In this document: in pieces, positions 9,617-18,511 of the stretch | Position numbering within the stretch: position 1 is the stretch's first letter | How the letters are laid out: each line of letters starts with the position of its first letter | DNA from: an uncultured Candidatus Binatia bacterium | GTDB lineage: Bacteria > Desulfobacterota > Binatia > UBA9968 > JAJDTQ01 | Length of the DNA stretch: 64,000 nucleotides | NCBI GenBank assembly: GCA_965242525.1 | Contig: OZ251459.1 | Span: forward strand, 3,552,001 to 3,616,000 | Reading direction: 5' to 3' | The notes under the pieces: model-generated | What the model was told of the DNA's origin: nothing | The model's database searches: none | What the model saw: the letters and a program-made list of their open reading frames with translations, nothing else | Program-made: the position numbers and the translations under genes

Positions 9617-9642
9617 CCACTTAGCGCCACTTCACTCCACTT
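9617..9642 (-). promoter_or_regulatory. Three AAGTGG boxes at 10-bp period (MraZ-box-like)
   Basis: CCACTT at 9617, 9627 and 9637 on the + strand. Confidence 0.4.
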
Positions 9643-9754
9643 CTCAAGTATTTTGTCTCTCAATACCCCCACCAGTATCGACGAACAGATGGCTGAAACG
9701 GGTTGAGCCGGTTCGCTTCGTCCGGCGCTGTCAGTTAGGCGCGTTTCCGCGGGA

Positions 9755-9784
9755 TTGACACCGCAGGGCGTCTCTCGTTAGGTT
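9755..9784 (+). promoter_or_regulatory. Putative sigma70 promoter of the ferritin-like gene
   Basis: TTGACA-N18-TAGGTT, then GGAGGG RBS before ATG 9812. Confidence 0.5.
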
Positions 9785-9811
9785 GACGCCACAGTCGGAG
9801 GGACCGCGGCC

Positions 9812-10492
9812 ATGACCGGAAGGGAATTCGTCGAATCGTTGTGGAGTCGATACCATGATGACCTGGAGGGGCCGGTCATCGCCATCCGCAAGGCGCTGGC
9901 GGAGCTGGACCCGAAGACGCCGGAGTTCGTGGCGCTGATGCAGCGGCAGGCGAAGAAGGAGTTGGCCCATGCGGTGGCGTTCACCAGGGCGCTGCTGCAA
10001 TACGGCGAACTCGGCGCCCACGAGCGGGCCCAGGTGGCCGAGCAGGCGGCGGACGAGTACCGGCACTACGCCCTCATCGAGGACTACCTCGACGGCCGCG
10101 GGGCCGCGGGCGATGTTCCCGCGGACGCCTACGACGGCTACTTCGGGCAGTTCCTCACCGGCGACGTGCGCGCGTTCCGGCTCTGCAACATCGCGGAGAA
10201 GTCCGCGGTGGTCTTCATGCAGCACATGCGGGACGTGACCCCGGACCCGGTGGTGCGTCAACTCGCCAAGGCCATCGTCGATGACGAAGAAGGCCACGAA
10301 GACCGCGTCATGGAAAAGCTCGCGCGCTTCGCGGAAGACCCCGGCAACCGCGAGCTGCTGGAGAAGATGTTCGTCCAGAGTTGGAGCAGCCAGAAGGAAG
10401 GCGTGATGCGGGAAGGGCGCGAGATCGGCATCGACGTGGACGGAATCCTCCGGGACCTGAGCGCCCGCCGCGGCCCGCATCAGCCGAGCTAA
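9812..10492 (+). CDS. Ferritin-like diiron-carboxylate domain protein
   Basis: ExxH motifs (ELAH, EYRH, EEGH) in a helical protein; RBS present. Confidence 0.7.
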   Translation: MTGREFVESLWSRYHDDLEGPVIAIRKALAELDPKTPEFVALMQRQAKKELAHAVAFTRALLQYGELGAHERAQVAEQAADEYRHYALIEDYLDGRGAAGDVPADAYDGYFGQFLTGDVRAFRLCNIAEKSAVVFMQHMRDVTPDPVVRQLAKAIVDDEEGHEDRVMEKLARFAEDPGNRELLEKMFVQSWSSQKEGVMREGREIGIDVDGILRDLSARRGPHQPS

Positions 10493-10651
10493 CCCCCTGC
10501 CGCCCCTCGCCCGGACGAGCGTACCCTCCCCCCTTGAGGGGGAGGGACAGGGGGGGGGGGGTCAACCAACCCGCTGCAGCACGCAGCAACCACACCAACA
10601 GAGCCGCACGCTCGTGACCCCGCGAGCCGGGGACCACGCCGGCAACCGGCT

Positions 10652-11599
10652 TCAACTCCAGAAGCCGTGCTTTCGAGAGACCTCCATGTAGTGCTCCAGC
10701 CCCTTCTCCAGGGAGTACTGCGGCTCGTAGCCGAGGACGGCCTTGGCCGCGGACAGGTCCACCCGGGGGCGCGCCTTGCCTTTGCCCGCCCCCTCGGCCA
10801 GATCCACCGTCCGGTCCGGCAAGAGCTTGCGCAACGCCCGGAGGAAGTCCTGCGATCCGTAGATCCGGCCCGCGCCCACGTTGAACGACTTGCCGGGCGC
10901 GTCCCTGGCGGTGCAGGCCAGCGCAATGCCCCGGCCCACGTCCGCGGCGTACACGAAATCGTTGGGTCCCACGTGCCGGTCCTCCAGCCGGATGGGGCCG
11001 TCGTCCAGGCACACGCGCACCAAGTCGTTCATGGCGATGCCGCCCCCGGAGCCGCCGCGGTAGTGTCCGGGTCCATAGACCCCCGTGGGCCGGATGCGCA
11101 CGCATTCCATGCCGTAGTAGCTCTCGTACGCTCCGAGCAGGACCTCGTTGGCCACCTTGGTGGCCGGGTAGAAACGGTTGCCCCAGAGCGGAAAGTCCTC
11201 CCTGACCGGACCCCGGCGGATGTTGGCCCAGTCATAGACGCCGAAGGTGCTCACGTGCACCAGCCGTTTGACACCGGAGAGCTGGCAGGCCTCGAACACG
11301 TGCACCGACCCCACGGTGTTGGTGCGGAAGCCCCGGAAGGGCGGGGACTCCACCTGCCCGCCGATGAGCCCCGCGGTGTGCACCACCACGTCCGGCTTGG
11401 CCCGGGACAGGGCTCGAAGCAGGTTGGGCAGGTCCAGCAGGTCGCCGCGCAGCGTCGTCACCCGCCGCTTCCCCGCCATGGCCGCGACGTAGCCGGGGTC
11501 GGGATTGACGTCGTAGAGGTGGACCGAGTGCCCCGCCTCCGTAAGCTCCTTCGCCGCATGACATCCGATCATGCCGGCTCCGGTAATGAAGATCTTCAT
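10652..11599 (-). CDS. NAD-dependent epimerase/dehydratase (extended SDR)
   Basis: ITGAGMIG Rossmann start, YPATK (YxxxK). Confidence 0.88.
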   Translation of the reverse strand: MKIFITGAGMIGCHAAKELTEAGHSVHLYDVNPDPGYVAAMAGKRRVTTLRGDLLDLPNLLRALSRAKPDVVVHTAGLIGGQVESPPFRGFRTNTVGSVHVFEACQLSGVKRLVHVSTFGVYDWANIRRGPVREDFPLWGNRFYPATKVANEVLLGAYESYYGMECVRIRPTGVYGPGHYRGGSGGGIAMNDLVRVCLDDGPIRLEDRHVGPNDFVYAADVGRGIALACTARDAPGKSFNVGAGRIYGSQDFLRALRKLLPDRTVDLAEGAGKGKARPRVDLSAAKAVLGYEPQYSLEKGLEHYMEVSRKHGFWS

Positions 11600-11727
11600 G
11601 CCGTTCCTCCGTCCAGGTTCCGCCCACTCATGGCGCCCGCTGCGCGCAGCCGCCCCGACTTTCTTCCGATCTCTCGAATACTCTCGAACACGCGAGCGGG
11701 CGCCCCATCGCCCGGCCTGCCTCGGAC

Positions 11728-13299
11728 CTACCCGGCCCGCTCCACCTCGAAGGCGGCGATGTTGCGGTCTTCCTTGCTGAACTCCACCCCGATCAGGTGG
11801 ACGGGCTGGCCCACGTGCCGGTACTTGTCGGCGTAGCCCTTGGCCTTCAACTGGGCCAACGCTTCCCCCGTGGCCTCCTTCTCCACCGTCTTGAACTCGA
11901 ACACGTAGATGTGGTTGTCGAGGCGCACCGTCATGTCCGCACGTCCGACGCTTCCGCTATCCTCCGCCGTCAGGTCGAAGCCCTGGGCCGCAAAGCAGGA
12001 ATAGACCACGCTGGCGTAGTAGCCCTCGTATTTCTGGATGGCGTTCCTGACGTGCCACTGGTAGGGAACGCCGGCAAAGACGGCCCGGAAAAACGCCTCC
12101 AGCCCCGCGAAGTCGTTGGCGGACAGCAACTTCCGGAGGGATCCGTCCCGCGTCAAGTGCTGGGACTCGTCAGGCAGCAAGGCCATCAGCAAACGCTCGT
12201 TCAGGCTCTGGCGCACTTCCCGGTTGGGGTAACCCAGGCGGTAGCGTATGACGCCTTCCCGGTTCTCGTAGTCGAGGACCGTGAGGTAGCCGGTCTGGAA
12301 CAGCAGCGCCTCCGTGGCCATCTCATCCACGTCGAAGGCCGACAGCAGGGCCTCGTCGCCGGTCATGCGGTCCAGGTTCAAGGTGGAGACGCGGCGCTGC
12401 TTCAGGAGGTCGATGAGGAACTTGGGGGAGCCGGTCTCGAACCAGTGGGCCTTGAACTCGCGGACCTCGAACAACAGCAGGACGTCGAAAGGGTTATAGA
12501 CCTTTTCGTTGCCCCGCCAGCAGTAGCCGTTGTACCAGTGCCGTATCTCGTCCCGGTCCAGGCCGGGAAGTTCGGGCGCGAACACGGTGTCCAGGTCTCC
12601 GTCCGTGTAGCCGCAGATGGCGGAGTAGCGCGGGTCCAGGGTGATGTCCTTCAGGTTGTTGAGGCCGGAGAAGATGCTCACCTTGGAGAACTTGCTGACC
12701 CCGGTGAGAAAGGCGAACTTGACGTGCGCGTCGCTGGACTTGATCGTGGAGTACAGCCCGCGCAAGTAGTCCCGGTTGGCCTGGGCCACTTCCGGCGCCT
12801 CCAATGCGTCGAGTATCGGCTTGTCGTACTCGTCCACCAATACCACCACGCGCGCTCCCGTGCTTTGGTGCAGCGCCCGGACCAGATGCCGGAGGCGGGT
12901 CGGGCCGCTGCCTGACCGGGCATCGACTCCGGCGCTTTCCTCCAATTCGTCGAGCTGGTCCGTCACGTCTTCCTTCAGCCAGTCCGGATCCTTGTAGTTG
13001 CCGCTGCCGAAATCCAGCCGCACCACCGGGCAGCGCACGTCCCAGTCCCAATGGTCGTGGATGGCCAGCCCCCGGAACAACTCCTCGCTCCCCTCGAACA
13101 GTTCCTTGATGGTGTCCAGCAGCAGGCTCTTGCCGAAGCGCCGGGGACGGGACAGGAAGTAGCAGCGGCCTTCGTCCACCAGCCGCCGGACCCAGGGGGT
13201 CTTGTCCACGTAGTAGCAGTCCTCCTCCCGGATCACCCGGAAGGTCTGGACGCCGATGGGCAGCTTGCGTTTGGCTGGGCCGTCTTCGGGAAGGCTCAT
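11728..13299 (-). CDS. AAA-ATPase-like protein with C-terminal PD-(D/E)xK nuclease domain
   Basis: LPIGVQTF, YYVDKT, SRPRRFGKSL, DEYDKP; C-terminal GRADM...FEFK...ALAQL. Confidence 0.9.
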   Translation of the reverse strand: MSLPEDGPAKRKLPIGVQTFRVIREEDCYYVDKTPWVRRLVDEGRCYFLSRPRRFGKSLLLDTIKELFEGSEELFRGLAIHDHWDWDVRCPVVRLDFGSGNYKDPDWLKEDVTDQLDELEESAGVDARSGSGPTRLRHLVRALHQSTGARVVVLVDEYDKPILDALEAPEVAQANRDYLRGLYSTIKSSDAHVKFAFLTGVSKFSKVSIFSGLNNLKDITLDPRYSAICGYTDGDLDTVFAPELPGLDRDEIRHWYNGYCWRGNEKVYNPFDVLLLFEVREFKAHWFETGSPKFLIDLLKQRRVSTLNLDRMTGDEALLSAFDVDEMATEALLFQTGYLTVLDYENREGVIRYRLGYPNREVRQSLNERLLMALLPDESQHLTRDGSLRKLLSANDFAGLEAFFRAVFAGVPYQWHVRNAIQKYEGYYASVVYSCFAAQGFDLTAEDSGSVGRADMTVRLDNHIYVFEFKTVEKEATGEALAQLKAKGYADKYRHVGQPVHLIGVEFSKEDRNIAAFEVERAG

Positions 13300-13386
13300 G
13301 GAAACACCATAACCCCTTGCCGAAGCGGGGTCAAAACCGATACTCGGCCTTGTCCGGGTGGGGTGGACGGGTTACATTGCACTGCC

Positions 13387-14817
13387 ATGCCGCATGTCCG
13401 ACCCGTCATCCGGGGCGCTTCCGCGGTGCTCGCCCACGTTCCGGGCCTGGTTCGCTACGGCTCCAAGCCGTTCCGGGAGGCCGGGGCGCGCCCGGAGTTC
13501 CTGCAGGAACTCGTCCGGGGCCTGTGGAGCTACGACGAGGCGCGCCGCTACCTGCCCAACCAGGTGTTCATCGGGAGCCAGCCGCCAGACCGTCTGTGGG
13601 AGGTGGAGCCGCCGTGGTTCGACAAGCTGGACCATGCGGAGGACGGGCGGACCCCCTTCGGCCGTGTCATGGAGGAGCGCTGGTTCCTGGCGCTGTTGGC
13701 GTGCGCGGACCCTTTCGGGCACGTGGTGCTGCGGGAACGGTTCTGGGAGGAGACAGGCCCCGTGCTGTCGGCGTCGCCCCTGACCGCTCCCCTGGTTTCC
13801 GGGGCGCCGCGGCTCCTGGGCGACGCCGAGGCCCGGCCCGACGGCCTGCCGCTGTTCCCGGGCGGCGAAGGCGCTCCGGTGGGGGCGGTGAAGTCCGGGC
13901 ACTCCGAGGACGAATCCCTTTCCGCGCCGGTGCTCCTGGAGAACCTCTGCTGCAAGGTGTCCGGCGCTCTGGCGGTCCGCGAACTGCCGGGTCAGGTGCA
14001 GGGGGCGAGCCTGGAGGACGTGGACCTGGTGCTGAGTTGCTCGGAGGAGGCGGTGGGGGACCGTTACCAGCGCGGCGGCGGCAACATGGGCAAGGCCGTC
14101 GCCGAGTTCGCGGGATGCGGGCGCAGCACCGGGCTCGACATCAAGGACTTCTGCGCCGCGCCCATCCCCGCGGTGGTCATCGGCGCCTCGCTGGTGCAGA
14201 GCGGCGTCTTCCGGAACGTGGTGGTGGTGGGCGGCGGGTCGCTCCCCAAGCTGGGCATGAAGTCCCTCTACCACCTGGAGCGGAACGTCCCGGTGCTGGA
14301 GGACGCGCTGGCCGCGGTGGCCGTCTGGATCGGCCCGGACGACGGCAGGAGTCCGGTGGTGAACCTCGACTGCGTGGGCCGCCATCCGGTAAGGGCCGGC
14401 GCCGCCCTGGACAAGCAGTTCCGGGAGCTGGTCCTGGAACCGCTGCGGCGGTTGGATTGGGGCATGGACCGCATCGACCGGGTGGCCACGGAGTTGCACA
14501 ACCCGGACATCACGGTGGCGGCCAAGGCCGGGGACGTGGCCGCCAGGAACTACCGGATGATGGCGGCGATGCTGGCTGCGGCCGGGGAGATCGACCGAAG
14601 CGAAGTGGCGGGGTTCGCGCGGGAGAAGGGGGTGTGCGGCTACGCCCCCACCCAGGGGCACATCGCCTCCGGCTTCGTGTATGTGCCCCACGCGCTCCGG
14701 GAGATCGCGGCCGGGACCATCCGGAACTGCCTCCTGGTGGCCCGGGCGAGCCTGTTCCTCGGACGAATGACCGAACTCACCGACGGCCTGTCGGTGCTGA
14801 TCGAGCGCAACGGATGA
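13387..14817 (+). CDS. grdC: Glycine/sarcosine/betaine reductase component C, FabH-like subunit
   Basis: CSEEAVGDRYQRGGGNMGKAVAE, FCAAP, GGSLPKLGM, TELHNPDIT, GYAPTQGHIAS, SLFLGRMT; adjacent to grdA. Confidence 0.9.
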   Translation: MPHVRPVIRGASAVLAHVPGLVRYGSKPFREAGARPEFLQELVRGLWSYDEARRYLPNQVFIGSQPPDRLWEVEPPWFDKLDHAEDGRTPFGRVMEERWFLALLACADPFGHVVLRERFWEETGPVLSASPLTAPLVSGAPRLLGDAEARPDGLPLFPGGEGAPVGAVKSGHSEDESLSAPVLLENLCCKVSGALAVRELPGQVQGASLEDVDLVLSCSEEAVGDRYQRGGGNMGKAVAEFAGCGRSTGLDIKDFCAAPIPAVVIGASLVQSGVFRNVVVVGGGSLPKLGMKSLYHLERNVPVLEDALAAVAVWIGPDDGRSPVVNLDCVGRHPVRAGAALDKQFRELVLEPLRRLDWGMDRIDRVATELHNPDITVAAKAGDVAARNYRMMAAMLAAAGEIDRSEVAGFAREKGVCGYAPTQGHIASGFVYVPHALREIAAGTIRNCLLVARASLFLGRMTELTDGLSVLIERNG

Positions 14818-14835
14818 AACCGAAAGGAGGATCGC

Positions 14836-15306
14836 ATGACGGGAGGACCCATCGACCTGAACGGCAAGAAGCTCATCATCCTCGGGGAGAGGGACGGCGT
14901 CCCCGCCCCGGTGATCGAGGAGGCCGTAGCGGGACTGGGCGGCGAGGTGGCCTACGCCGCCACCCAGTGCTTCGTTTGAACGGCCGCCGGGGCCATGGAC
15001 CTTGAGGATCAAGGTCGAATCAAGGAACTGGCGGAAGCGTACGGGAAGGAAGGCATCGTGGTGCTGCTGGGCGCTCCCACCACCGAGAGCGTCCAGGTGC
15101 AGTTCGAGACCGTCACCACCGGCGACCCTTCCTATGCCGGCCCCCTGGCCGGAGTGGATCTCGGGCTGGACGCCTACCACGTCTTCGAGCCCAGGATGAA
15201 GGCCACCATCCGGCCCGAACGATACGCGGACCTCATCGAGACCCTGGAGATGGGCCTCGAGTCCGACGAAATCGTCTCCGCCCTGGCCGAGATGCGGGCG
15301 GGATAG
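14836..15306 (+). CDS. grdA: Glycine/sarcosine/betaine reductase selenoprotein A (Sec at codon 48, TGA 14977-14979)
   Basis: AGGAGG RBS, IILGERDGVP, TQCFV-U-TAAGAMDLEDQ, ETVTTGDPSYAGPLAGV; both halves are in one frame across the TGA. Confidence 0.93.
14998..15016 (+). promoter_or_regulatory. Candidate SECIS hairpin of grdA
   Basis: GACCTTGA-GGA-TCAAGGTC perfect stem beginning 18 nt after the UGA. Confidence 0.7.
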
Positions 15307-15327
15307 GCGGACGGGCGCCGGCCGTCC

Positions 15328-16575
15328 ATGTTCCTGCTGCGACCCTGGCTGAGACGCGCCCACGCCCGGAGCGAGAAGCGCTGGGCGAGGGAGGTGGAAC
15401 GGTGCGTCACCGTGGACCACCTCCGTCAGGTGATGGAGAAGCGCGTGCCGCCTATCGTCCGGGAGTACTACCGGGGCGGCGCCGACCAAGAGATCACCCT
15501 GCGGGACAACGTCGAAGCCTTTCGGAGGGAACGTTTCAAGCCCCGGTCCGGGGTCCGGCTTCCGTCGGTGGAGATGCGCACCGAGATCCTCGGACACGAG
15601 ATCGACCTGCCGGTGATCGCCGGACCCATCGGCAGTCCCCGGATGCTCTGGCCCCGGGGCGAGGCGGTCGCGGCCAAGGCGGTGGGCGAGGCCGGGACCA
15701 TCTGCACCCTCTCGACCCTTACCGGAACCGACCTGGAGGAAGTCCGGGCCGCGTCCCGGGGACCGTGCTGGTTCCAGCTCTACCTCCTGGGCGGAGAGGA
15801 GGTAGCGGCCCGGGGCCTCCGGCGGGCCAGGGACGCCGGCTATTCCGCACTCGTGCTCACCATCGACACCCCGGTGCCCGGAAACCGCGCGCACCACGAA
15901 TGGATGGGCGCGTCCCGGGCCATCAACGGCTCCCGGATGGAGAAGCTGCGGTTCGCGCCGCAGATGGCGCGGCGCCTCTCCTGGCTGAAGAGCTATTGCG
16001 CGGACGGCGGGATGATGGAGTTCCGCAACGTCATCCGGGACGACGGCGCGCCCATGCCCTACGCCGACATCGGCGCGCAACTGCGGGCCTCCGCGGTCAC
16101 CTGGGAGCACCTGCCGTGGATACGGGAACTCTGGGGCCGCGAGAGGCCCGTGGTCGTCAAGGGCGTGCAATGCGTCGAGGACGCCCGGCTCGCCGCGGAG
16201 CACGGCGCCGAGGCCATCGTCGTATCCAACCACGGCGGACGGCAGATGGACCGGGTCCATCCGACGCTGCACATGCTGAAGGAGGTCGCGCCCGCGCTCG
16301 CGGGCTCCGGCGTGAAGATCCTCCTGGACGGGGGCGTCCGGTCCGGCGCGGACGTGGCCATCGCGCTGGCCCACGGCGCCGACGCCGTGCTCGCGGGACG
16401 CGCGTACGTCTACGGTCTCGGGGCCGGGGGCGAGGCGGGCGTCCGCAAGGCCTTCGCCATACTGAAGAAGGAGCTGGAGGACACCATGCGGCTCCTGGGC
16501 TGCGCCTCGGTCCACGATCTGCGCGCCGAGACCCATCTCCTGCCCCATCCCTTCGCCGGGACGGACCGGCCGTGA
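15328..16575 (+). CDS. FMN-dependent alpha-hydroxy acid dehydrogenase/oxidase (L-lactate/glycolate/mandelate family)
   Basis: WFQLY, LTIDTP, VVKG, SNHGGRQ, DGGVRSGADV. Confidence 0.92.
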   Translation: MFLLRPWLRRAHARSEKRWAREVERCVTVDHLRQVMEKRVPPIVREYYRGGADQEITLRDNVEAFRRERFKPRSGVRLPSVEMRTEILGHEIDLPVIAGPIGSPRMLWPRGEAVAAKAVGEAGTICTLSTLTGTDLEEVRAASRGPCWFQLYLLGGEEVAARGLRRARDAGYSALVLTIDTPVPGNRAHHEWMGASRAINGSRMEKLRFAPQMARRLSWLKSYCADGGMMEFRNVIRDDGAPMPYADIGAQLRASAVTWEHLPWIRELWGRERPVVVKGVQCVEDARLAAEHGAEAIVVSNHGGRQMDRVHPTLHMLKEVAPALAGSGVKILLDGGVRSGADVAIALAHGADAVLAGRAYVYGLGAGGEAGVRKAFAILKKELEDTMRLLGCASVHDLRAETHLLPHPFAGTDRP

Positions 16576-16624
16576 AAGCCGCCCGGCCGGGCCCGCTTCG
16601 AACCCTGCCCCGTGCGCGCCTGCT

Positions 16625-18511
16625 TCACGCGCGCACGGTCTCGCCCGCGGCGTCCCTCATGAGGTCCTCGGGCAGGTCGTCGAAGGACACGTAGTTGAGG
16701 GCGTAGAGCCGCGCATACAGGCCCTTCCGGGCCGTCAGCTCTTCGTGGACGCCGGTCTCGACGATGCGGCCGTCCTGGAGGACCATGATGCGGTCGGCGT
16801 TGCGCACCGTGGCGAGCCGGTGGGCGATGACGATGCCGGTGCGCCCTTCCAGCAGCCGGGCGAGGCCCACCTGGATCTGGCGCTCGGTGTAGGAATCGAT
16901 GTTGGCGGTGGCTTCGTCGAGGACCAGCACCTTGGCGTCCGCCACCAGCGCCCGGGCGAAGCTCAGGAGCTGGCGCTGGCCCAGGGACAGGTTGCCGCCG
17001 CCCTGTTCGAGCACCGTGTGGTAGCCGTCCGGCCAGCGCATGATGAAGTCGTGGGCGCCCACGACCCGCGCCGCCCGCTCCACGTCTTCGTCGGCGGCGC
17101 CGGTGGCGCGGAACCGGATGTTCTCCAGGATCGTGCCGGTGAACAGGAACGGGTCCTGCAGCACCATGGCGATGTGCCGGCCCAGAGCCGCGGTGGAGTA
17201 GTCGCGCACGTCGCGGCCGTCGAGCAGGACGGCGCCCTCCCACACGTCGTAGAAGCGGTGCAACAGCGCGGTGATGCTGGTCTTGCCGGATCCCGTAGGT
17301 CCCACTAGCGCTACCGTCTCCCCCGGCTCGATGGTGAAGCCGACGCGGGTGAGCACCGGTTGGTTCCGCTCGTAACCGAAGGTCACGTCCCGGAACTCGA
17401 TGCGGCCTTCGATGGCCTCGGGCGACAGGGCGCCGGGCCGGTCGTTGACCGACAGGGGCACGTCCAGCACCTCGAAGATGCGCTGGCCGGAAGCCATGGC
17501 GCGCTGCATGATGCTGTACTGCACGGTGATGGAGCGGATGGGGTCGAAGAACCGCTGCACGTAGAAGAGGAAGGCCACCATCACGCCGACGTCGAGGGCG
17601 TCGTCGAGCACCAGCGATCCCCCCACCACGATGACCACCCCGAGGGCGGCGCCGGTCAGCGTATCGACGATGGGCACCAGCACCTGGGCGTACCGGGCGG
17701 ACCGCAGGTGGGCGTCGAGGTTCTCCGCCGCCTTGTCGTCGTAGAGGTCGAAGTTGACCGACTCGCGCCGCATGCCCTGCACGGTGCGGACCGCGTGGAT
17801 GCCTTCGGCCAGTGCGCCGTTGGCGATGGAGTTGGTCTCGCGCGCCCGGCGGAAAGCGACGCGCGCCCGGGGCAGCCACACCATGCGCACCAGGAACAGG
17901 ACCGGCACCACCGACAGGGTCAGCAGACCGAGCTGGAAGTCGAGCCACAACATGATGACGACGATGCCGAACAGCAGCACGAGATCGCCGAAGGCCGAGA
18001 TCGAGTTCTCCAGGAACTCCTGCAGCGAGTACACGTCGCCCTGCAGGCGCGACATCATGCGGCCGACTTCCGTCTTGTCCATGAAGGCCAGGGCCACGTA
18101 TTGCAGGTGGGCGAACATGGCTCGGCGCAGGTCGAATATGACCTGCTCGCCGGTGCGGCCCACCAGCCACTCCTGCAGGAAGTTGGCTCCGTAGTTCACC
18201 AGGACCACCGCGGCGAAGACCGCCGCGGTGAACGCCAACAGGCCCGGGTCGCCGCCCCGGGGAACGATGGCGTGGTCGATGGCGTGGCGGATGACGAGAG
18301 GGATGGCGAGCTGGGCGCCGGTGAAGACCAGGAGGGCGCCGATGCCGAGGGAGAGCCGCCGCCGGTAGGGCTGGACGTAGGCGAAGAAGCGCCGGACCAC
18401 GCGGCGGTCGAAGGCGGCGCCGAACATCTCCTCGTCACGGTTGACCTGGGAGCCCACCACCGCCCGCGGCGGACGGGCGCCCCTGCCGTTGGCGGGAGGC
18501 GGCCCCGTCAT
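16625..18511 (-). CDS. ABC exporter, fused TMD-NBD (consensus Walker B)
   Basis: GPTGSGKT, LSLGQRQ, VLDEAT, IAHRL. Confidence 0.92.
   Translation of the reverse strand: MTGPPPANGRGARPPRAVVGSQVNRDEEMFGAAFDRRVVRRFFAYVQPYRRRLSLGIGALLVFTGAQLAIPLVIRHAIDHAIVPRGGDPGLLAFTAAVFAAVVLVNYGANFLQEWLVGRTGEQVIFDLRRAMFAHLQYVALAFMDKTEVGRMMSRLQGDVYSLQEFLENSISAFGDLVLLFGIVVIMLWLDFQLGLLTLSVVPVLFLVRMVWLPRARVAFRRARETNSIANGALAEGIHAVRTVQGMRRESVNFDLYDDKAAENLDAHLRSARYAQVLVPIVDTLTGAALGVVIVVGGSLVLDDALDVGVMVAFLFYVQRFFDPIRSITVQYSIMQRAMASGQRIFEVLDVPLSVNDRPGALSPEAIEGRIEFRDVTFGYERNQPVLTRVGFTIEPGETVALVGPTGSGKTSITALLHRFYDVWEGAVLLDGRDVRDYSTAALGRHIAMVLQDPFLFTGTILENIRFRATGAADEDVERAARVVGAHDFIMRWPDGYHTVLEQGGGNLSLGQRQLLSFARALVADAKVLVLDEATANIDSYTERQIQVGLARLLEGRTGIVIAHRLATVRNADRIMVLQDGRIVETGVHEELTARKGLYARLYALNYVSFDDLPEDLMRDAAGETVRA

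Noticed and set aside
10520-10562. CCCTCCCCCTTGAGGGGGAGGG hairpin plus G run as a phase-variable tract
   Set aside because: It is intergenic between convergent genes and resembles 48104-48135; more simply another REP or terminator-like palindrome
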